From Terriglobia bacterium (GTDB lineage: Bacteria > Acidobacteriota > Terriglobia > UBA7540): a stretch of DNA of 53,134 nucleotides. Positions 48,501-53,134 of the stretch are shown one piece after another. Numbering within the stretch: position 1 is the stretch's first letter; every line of letters begins with the position of its first letter. The position numbers and the translations under genes are program-made. The notes under the pieces were generated by a model. That model searched no databases, was not told where the DNA came from, and was given only the letters and a program-made list of their open reading frames with translations. The stretch spans positions 1 through 53,134 of the forward strand of contig JBOGJT010000038.1 of assembly GCA_050745065.1 (NCBI GenBank), given 5' to 3'.

Positions 48501-48881
48501 GAGTTTGCGGGCTACGAATTGAACTACCCCGTGCTCGCGCGCGCTGTGGAGGCGCACGGTGGGCCGCTTCCCTCCGCGCACTCGTTTGTGCAGATTGAGC
48601 CTCAAAATGTGATCCTGACCGCCTTGAAGAAGGCCGAGGACGACAATTCACTCGTTTTCCACTTCTTTGAATTTGAAGGAAAGGATTCCCAGGTGAGATT
48701 GGGTTTGCCCGAGGCTGCGTCCAGCGCCGTTGAGACGAACCTGATGGAAAAAGAGGAGGGCTCCATTACGTTGGGAGCGGATGGGAAGTCCCTCAACACC
48801 CCGATTGGCCACTACCAGATCAAATCGGTGAAGGTGACGTTTCCGAACGCGGCGGGCAGCCAGCCGCCCGCGAGAGTGTGA
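45522..48881 (+). CDS. GH38 alpha-mannosidase with Tat signal and extra N-terminal domain
   Basis: SHIDLAWLW, GESLVRQ, WNPDSFG, GDHGGGPT, ELYLQFHRGTYT, QFHD. N-terminal NRRKFFQ. Confidence 0.93.
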   Translation: MVMINRRKFFQVSAASFLAESLFAGGEPLPGGAQRYMRGRQAFQNNPYESALQKLAAMVETEITGWKTHPDNIPHAEDPGLDDSDWAVEPPRGQFRREDLTGEGGTWFRKLIEMPKTMGGYDIQGLPVKLNARIFSRTRGMVRVFVNGGMVEMTEGNTQGPILLTDQAQPGQKFLVAAYSPGPAAIFGGLLVDYPVDHSNPQTMMEEILSVQAASKGFEDGQEQRDAQLKDAVSAIDFSSLDKGDQNSFNASLAAADDKMQPLAEWIKQFTILAVGNSHIDLAWLWPWVETVEVVRNTFGTVLELQNEYPGMFHYAQSTAQDFLWLERYYPREFKEIQKRVQNGAWELVGGMWCEPDLNMPCGESLVRQLLTGKRYFQKKFNVDVKIGWNPDSFGYSWQLAQIYKRSGVDYFVTQKISWNDTTQFPYKLFQWESPDGSRVLTFFPHGYGNGINAAQCSGFLADDVKLCSGFKEQMLLFGMGDHGGGPTRQMLDAAVRWQKSPKAAFPTLKFGTAQGFFDDVNNNLSTLNLPVWKSELYLQFHRGTYTTQAESKRRMRESEVLMLESEKFCSLAMLHGREYPQPKFEDCWRRVCFDQFHDMMAGSGLHVNYEDEAENLEFVKETAHPQLTGSLDTLTARIDTRGPGVPVAVFNPLSWERNDVKEVEVQFPGRVAKVEVRDPEGHVMPSAEISRDESTATVKLRFLARSVPAMGCKVYRAVPAEHPRDAASTLKVDGTTMENEFLRVVVDPTTGCVTSLVNKKLGKNILKPGANGNLLETFVDKPKQFDAWNIGWPYEQTKKELVAADDVKLVENTPVRAVVRVKKHFQNSSFVQDICMYPGIARADVHMHADWHEKHIMLKVAFPLNIAPEKATYEIPYGTIERPAIPTGPDGKKVPFTEATEIGKRLHKFDPLLAQEAEFEVCAQQWGDLSQDGRGLSVLNACKFGYDTVEPGTIRLTLLRSPTSPDPIADQGPHDFTYAMYPHAGSWREAGTEFAGYELNYPVLARAVEAHGGPLPSAHSFVQIEPQNVILTALKKAEDDNSLVFHFFEFEGKDSQVRLGLPEAASSAVETNLMEKEEGSITLGADGKSLNTPIGHYQIKSVKVTFPNAAGSQPPARV

Positions 48882-49028
48882 AGGCTTCAATAATGAGCGG
48901 CACAATCCCGGTTCTCAATCTCTTCTGAATGGACACGTCCTGTTATTTATTACGAGCCAAAACTCACATGACGATGGCGGCCTGATCGAGGAACTGGACC
49001 GTCGCCCTCGGAACGGGGATCTAAATTA

Positions 49029-50069
49029 ATGTCTGCCGTACTTTTTGGATCCATCCTTTCGATCATTGCGGGGGTGGTGAACGGGAGTTTCGCTGCGCCC
49101 ACCAAGGCCGCTAAAAACTGGATGTGGGAGAACATCTGGTCCGTCTGGGCTGTTTTCGCCATGCTGATTCTCCCGTGGGCACTCGTCGCCGCTACCATTC
49201 CGCACGCGGGCTCGTTGTACGCCGGCATCGGCGCGAGCCAGCTTTGGCTTCTGGCGCTTTTTGGAGTGGGCTTCGGGCTTGCCCAGATCTTTTTCGGTTT
49301 GGGGATTGCCGCGGTAGGCATCGCTCTGAACTTCGCCATTGCCATTGGTATCTCGACCGCGTTCGGATCGATCGTCCCGTTCCTCTCCAAGCACGCAGAT
49401 AAGACATTTACACGCGAGGGTTTCTTTTTCTTTTTGGGCATTATCCTGATGCTCGTGGGTATCGTGCTTTCCGCGGTGGCCGGCCGCGAAAAGGAAAGGA
49501 AGCTTGCTGCAGAAGCGCCGCCGCCGCAGAACGGCTTCAACGCGAAGAGAATGAGCTTCGCCGCCGGACTTACCTTGTGCATACTGGCGGGCCTCGGTTC
49601 GCCCTTGGGCAACTTTGGTCTGGCCTTTTGCACTCCCACGGTGAATCGCGCTGTTGAGCTCGGCGCCAGCTTGACCAACAAGTACAATGCAATCTGGGCG
49701 CCGCTCTATACCGCTTCCCTCGTACCGTATATCATTTACTGCATTTACCTGTGGCGGAAGAATCATAGCTTCCATCTCTTCGGCGCGAAGGGCACGGGCG
49801 TCAACTGGATCTATGGGATCATCATGGCGGTTCTGTGGATGGGAAGCTCGGCGATTTACGGCATCGCGGCGTCCAGAATCGGTGAGATGGGGCCGGTGGT
49901 GGGGTGGCCGCTTTTCATGTCGATCATCATCATCACCTCAAGCGTTTGGGGATTTCTTACCGGGGAGTGGAAAGGCGCCGGAAAGAAATCGGTTAACGCG
50001 ATGCTGGTGGGCATTGTTTTTTTGATCCTGGGATTTGTCACCTTAGCGTACAGCGGGACGCTCGGTTAG
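49029..50069 (+). CDS. RhaT-like sugar/H+ symporter (DMT superfamily)
   Basis: GSF..P.K, W.WEN.W, VGWPLFM, WG..TGEWKG. About 10 TM helices. Confidence 0.85.
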   Translation: MSAVLFGSILSIIAGVVNGSFAAPTKAAKNWMWENIWSVWAVFAMLILPWALVAATIPHAGSLYAGIGASQLWLLALFGVGFGLAQIFFGLGIAAVGIALNFAIAIGISTAFGSIVPFLSKHADKTFTREGFFFFLGIILMLVGIVLSAVAGREKERKLAAEAPPPQNGFNAKRMSFAAGLTLCILAGLGSPLGNFGLAFCTPTVNRAVELGASLTNKYNAIWAPLYTASLVPYIIYCIYLWRKNHSFHLFGAKGTGVNWIYGIIMAVLWMGSSAIYGIAASRIGEMGPVVGWPLFMSIIIITSSVWGFLTGEWKGAGKKSVNAMLVGIVFLILGFVTLAYSGTLG

Positions 50070-50141
50070 CCCTCGCGCATTATTGGGGAAGCGGCAAGCA
50101 ACATTTTCACATCGCAAAAATCATTTCAGAGGAGAGTGGAT

Positions 50142-51551
50142 ATGAAACAGCTTAGCAGGCGCGATTACTTCAAAATGATGGGCGCTGGCGCCACCGCACT
50201 CGCGGCGTCTCGTACGGGGTTGGCTTCCGCCGCGCCGGGCGCCGAAGCCCCGCAGGAAGCTCCAGCGGTAGCCTCAAGTCCCTGGAGCGCGCCAAACCCC
50301 GAGCAATGGTGGCGTGATGGAACGCCCCCGAACCGCGATCAGCGAATCGCCTGGTGGAATGAAGCGCGGTTTGGAATGTTTATCCACTTCGGTCTTTACA
50401 GCGTTCACGGGCGCCATGAATGGGCAATGGAGCTAGAAGGTATTCCGGTGCGCGAATACATGAAGCTGGCCAAGCGCTTTGATCCTAAGCCCGGCTTTGC
50501 GCGCGCCTGGGCGAAGCTGGCAAAACAGGCGGGCATGAAGTACATGGTCATGACGTCTAAGCATCACGAGGGGTTTTGCAATTTCTCCACGAACCTCACC
50601 ACCTATTGCGCGCCCAAGCAGGGCCCTGGACGCGACCTGGTGAAGGAATACATTCAGGCGGTCCGCGACGAGGGCTTGAAGGTCGGCCTCTATTATTCGC
50701 TCATGGATTGGCACCACCCGGACGGCGCGCTCTGCGCCACGAATGAAGCGGCGCGCCAGCGCTTCATCGCATATACGCACGGCCTGGTCCGGGACATTAT
50801 GAGCCAATACGGCAAGATCGACGTCCTCTGGTACGACGTGGACTGGCCGTCACTCGGCCCTGATTTCTGGGAGTCGCATAAGATGAACCGCATGGTGTTT
50901 GATCTTCAACCGGACATCCTGGTAAATAACCGGAACGCGCTGCCCGGCGATTTTTCAACCCCCGAGCAGCACGTAGGCGGCCCACTGAAGGCGAATGACA
51001 CGCGTGGGTGGGAAACCTGCATGACGATGAACGACAGTTGGGGATTCAATAAGGGTGATGACGATTGGAAAAGCCCGAAGACCGTATTGCGCGATCTGAT
51101 CGAGTGCGCGCAAGGCGGCGGCAATTATTTGTTGAATATCGGCCCGGAAGCGGACGGCTCAATTCCACCGCCTTCGGTCCACATTCTTACGGAAGTAGGA
51201 GAGTGGATGGGAAAGTACGGACACACGATCTACGGCGCCGAGCGATGCCGCGTGACGAATTCCGCCTACGCCAACTTTACCCGCAAGGGCAACACGCTTT
51301 ACATGCATATTGACTTCTGGGAAGGGGACTGGGTGGCGATTGGCGGGATGCAGACCAAGGTGACCTCGGCCCGGCTCTTGACCACGGGCCAACCCGTGAA
51401 GGTGGAGCAAACGGAATTTCAGGCGAAGTTCACCGGCCTCCCGGCGCAGCCGCCGGATCCGCTGGCCACCGTGCTCGAGATCGAATGCGATGGAGAGCCG
51501 ATTCAGAATACGTTGTGGGAGCGCGAGAATAAACCGAGGGACGGGGTGTAG
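50142..51551 (+). CDS. GH29 alpha-L-fucosidase with Tat signal
   Basis: ARFGMFIHFG, TSKHHEGF, YYSLMDWHHP, LWYD, WETCMT, GGNYLLNIGP. N-terminal SRRDYFK. Confidence 0.93.
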   Translation: MKQLSRRDYFKMMGAGATALAASRTGLASAAPGAEAPQEAPAVASSPWSAPNPEQWWRDGTPPNRDQRIAWWNEARFGMFIHFGLYSVHGRHEWAMELEGIPVREYMKLAKRFDPKPGFARAWAKLAKQAGMKYMVMTSKHHEGFCNFSTNLTTYCAPKQGPGRDLVKEYIQAVRDEGLKVGLYYSLMDWHHPDGALCATNEAARQRFIAYTHGLVRDIMSQYGKIDVLWYDVDWPSLGPDFWESHKMNRMVFDLQPDILVNNRNALPGDFSTPEQHVGGPLKANDTRGWETCMTMNDSWGFNKGDDDWKSPKTVLRDLIECAQGGGNYLLNIGPEADGSIPPPSVHILTEVGEWMGKYGHTIYGAERCRVTNSAYANFTRKGNTLYMHIDFWEGDWVAIGGMQTKVTSARLLTTGQPVKVEQTEFQAKFTGLPAQPPDPLATVLEIECDGEPIQNTLWERENKPRDGV

Positions 51552-51835
51552 AGTGCCGCGGTGAGTCCCGCCGCTCTGGCTCGTGCTTTTTTCGAGAACA
51601 AATGATACTCTGCAGGGCGTGCCCATTGCCCTCGGTACGATGAGTGTAATGGGTGCGCCCATGGTTTGCATCGCACACCCGAGCACGGCGCCACCATAGG
51701 CGTGCTGCTCTTTGCGGCCCGCGAAGCATTCCCCTGCCTTTGTTTCCTCCATTTTCATGGTTTCCGCTACAATACATTTTAGGCTGGGAGCGGCTTCGCG
51801 CCCTGGCCGGTGGTTGCTGATCGGCGCTTTTTGGC

Positions 51836-51982
51836 TGTCATTCTGTGCTGAAAAGTTGCCGATGTCACCCCCGCGAAGGCGGGGGTCCATATGGATTCCC
51901 GCCTTCGCGGGAATGACGGTGGCCGAACTTTTCATCGCCTTCGGCTCCTCAGAATGACACGCTTTCGTGGTTTTTCAGCAAC
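51836..51982. repeat. Composite nested palindromic element
   Basis: TGTCATTCTG/CAGAATGACA and TGAAAAGTT/AACTTTTCA enclose the head-to-head pair GTCACCCCCGCGAAGGCGGGGGTCCAT / ATGGATTCCCGCCTTCGCGGGAATGAC. Confidence 0.85.
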
Positions 51983-52031
51983 TTGTTGAAGTGCTGGCCG
52001 GCCGTCAACAACCGGCAACTCACAAATCCTA

Positions 52032-53134
52032 ATGACCCAAATTGCCTATCTTGACGCCTCGTCGGGTATCAGCGGGGATATGTTCATCGCGGCGATGCTT
52101 GACGCGGGCATGCCCGAAGACCTGTTTCTGGCCGAGCTTGCCAAGATTCCTGTTGGGCCTTTCGAGTTCAAGCGCTCGCGCGTGATGCGCTCAAGCCTCA
52201 CCGGCACTCACATTACGTTCATTGCCGCCGAGAAGCAGCCCCACCGCCATCTTGCGCACATTGAAAAGATGCTGAAAGAAAGCGCGCTTTCGGAGCGGGT
52301 CACGGCGCGCGCAATCGCGATCTTTACCCGGATGGCCGAGGCCGAAGGCAAGCTGCACGGCAAGCCGCCGGAATCCGTCCACTTTCACGAAGTGGGCGCG
52401 GTTGACGCAATTCTGGACATTGCCGGAGCATGCGTGGGCCTCGATCTTCTGGGCGTTGAGGAGTTATATTGCTCGCCCCTGAACTTGGGCAGCGGGCACG
52501 TTTCGGCGGCGCACGGAACGCTGCCGGTGCCCGCTCCCGCCACCGCCGAGCTCCTTAAGGGGCTACCCATCTATTCGACCGGCGTGGAGGGAGAGTTGGT
52601 CACACCGACCGGCGCGGCGATCGTTTCAACGCTGGCGAAGGGATTTGGCCCAACGCCGCACATGACAGCGGAACAGATTGGATACGGCGCCGGCAGCCGC
52701 GATTTCCCAGGCCATCCGAATCTTGCCCGCCTCTTCGTGGGAGTAACGACCGGGGAGGCGGGAAAAGCCAAGGATTTGATTTCCGTGCTTCAAGCGAATG
52801 TGGACGATATGAGTCCGCAGCTTTTCGGCTACGTGATGGACCAGGCGCTGGCGGCGGGCGCGCTGGACGTGACCTGCGGCTCAATCCAGATGAAGAAGAA
52901 CCGGCCAGGCCTTGAGATCACCGTTCTCTGCCTGCCCGCGCATGTCGAGAGGCTTTCGCAGATTCTCCTCGAACAAACCACAACGCTTGGCGTGCGGGTT
53001 CATGAAGCCCGGCGGCAAATATTGGATCGGGAAATCGTGAGCGTTGAGACCGCGTACGGCACGGTTCGGATCAAGGTGGGCAAGCGTAATGGCCAGGTGC
53101 TCAACGCCGCCCCTGAATACGAAAATTGCCGCCG
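52032..53134 (+). CDS. larC: Nickel-pincer cofactor biosynthesis protein LarC (3'-truncated; absent from ORF track)
   Basis: Translated by hand: MTQIAYLDASSGISGDM, VHFHEVGAVDAILDI, AHGTLPVPAPATAELL, GELVTPTGAA, ANVDDMSP, MKKNRPG. Confidence 0.93.
   Translation, partial: MTQIAYLDASSGISGDMFIAAMLDAGMPEDLFLAELAKIPVGPFEFKRSRVMRSSLTGTHITFIAAEKQPHRHLAHIEKMLKESALSERVTARAIAIFTRMAEAEGKLHGKPPESVHFHEVGAVDAILDIAGACVGLDLLGVEELYCSPLNLGSGHVSAAHGTLPVPAPATAELLKGLPIYSTGVEGELVTPTGAAIVSTLAKGFGPTPHMTAEQIGYGAGSRDFPGHPNLARLFVGVTTGEAGKAKDLISVLQANVDDMSPQLFGYVMDQALAAGALDVTCGSIQMKKNRPGLEITVLCLPAHVERLSQILLEQTTTLGVRVHEARRQILDREIVSVETAYGTVRIKVGKRNGQVLNAAPEYENCR

Noticed and set aside
51159..51935. 258-aa minus-strand ORF beginning MKSSATVIPAKAGIH
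   Set aside because: VIPAKAGI is the translation of the palindromic repeat. The rest is intergenic or antisense to the fucosidase.

Overview
GC-rich bacterial chromosomal segment, most likely Acidobacteriota (Terriglobia-like). The taxon is inferred from gene content: Oar-like TonB receptor, CRTAC1/ASPIC-UnbV, TPR and multiheme-c cluster, SpoIVB-like peptidase plus beta-propeller pair. It carries housekeeping genes (manC partial, PGM/PMM, nusB, crotonase, lepA, aroK, larC partial), an HtrA-LuxR-HtrA module, a siroheme sulfite reductase, an ECF sigma/anti-sigma operon, a ClC transporter, a malectin-regulator/TonB-receptor locus and a galM-GH38-RhaT-GH29 sugar cluster. The intergenic spaces are dense with REP-like and MITE-like palindromes. 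The most notable signal is not in the ORF track. Upstream of the sulfite reductase there is a sigma70 promoter, a probably leaderless 25-codon Cys/Met-rich ORF (MARTHSAMMQGRGCCCTRCTSLAVG) and mutually exclusive antiterminator/terminator hairpins. Together these form a complete predicted cysteine-sensing transcription attenuator. No tRNA, rRNA, CRISPR array or transposase was seen. All product calls come from motif recognition by eye, with no database searches.
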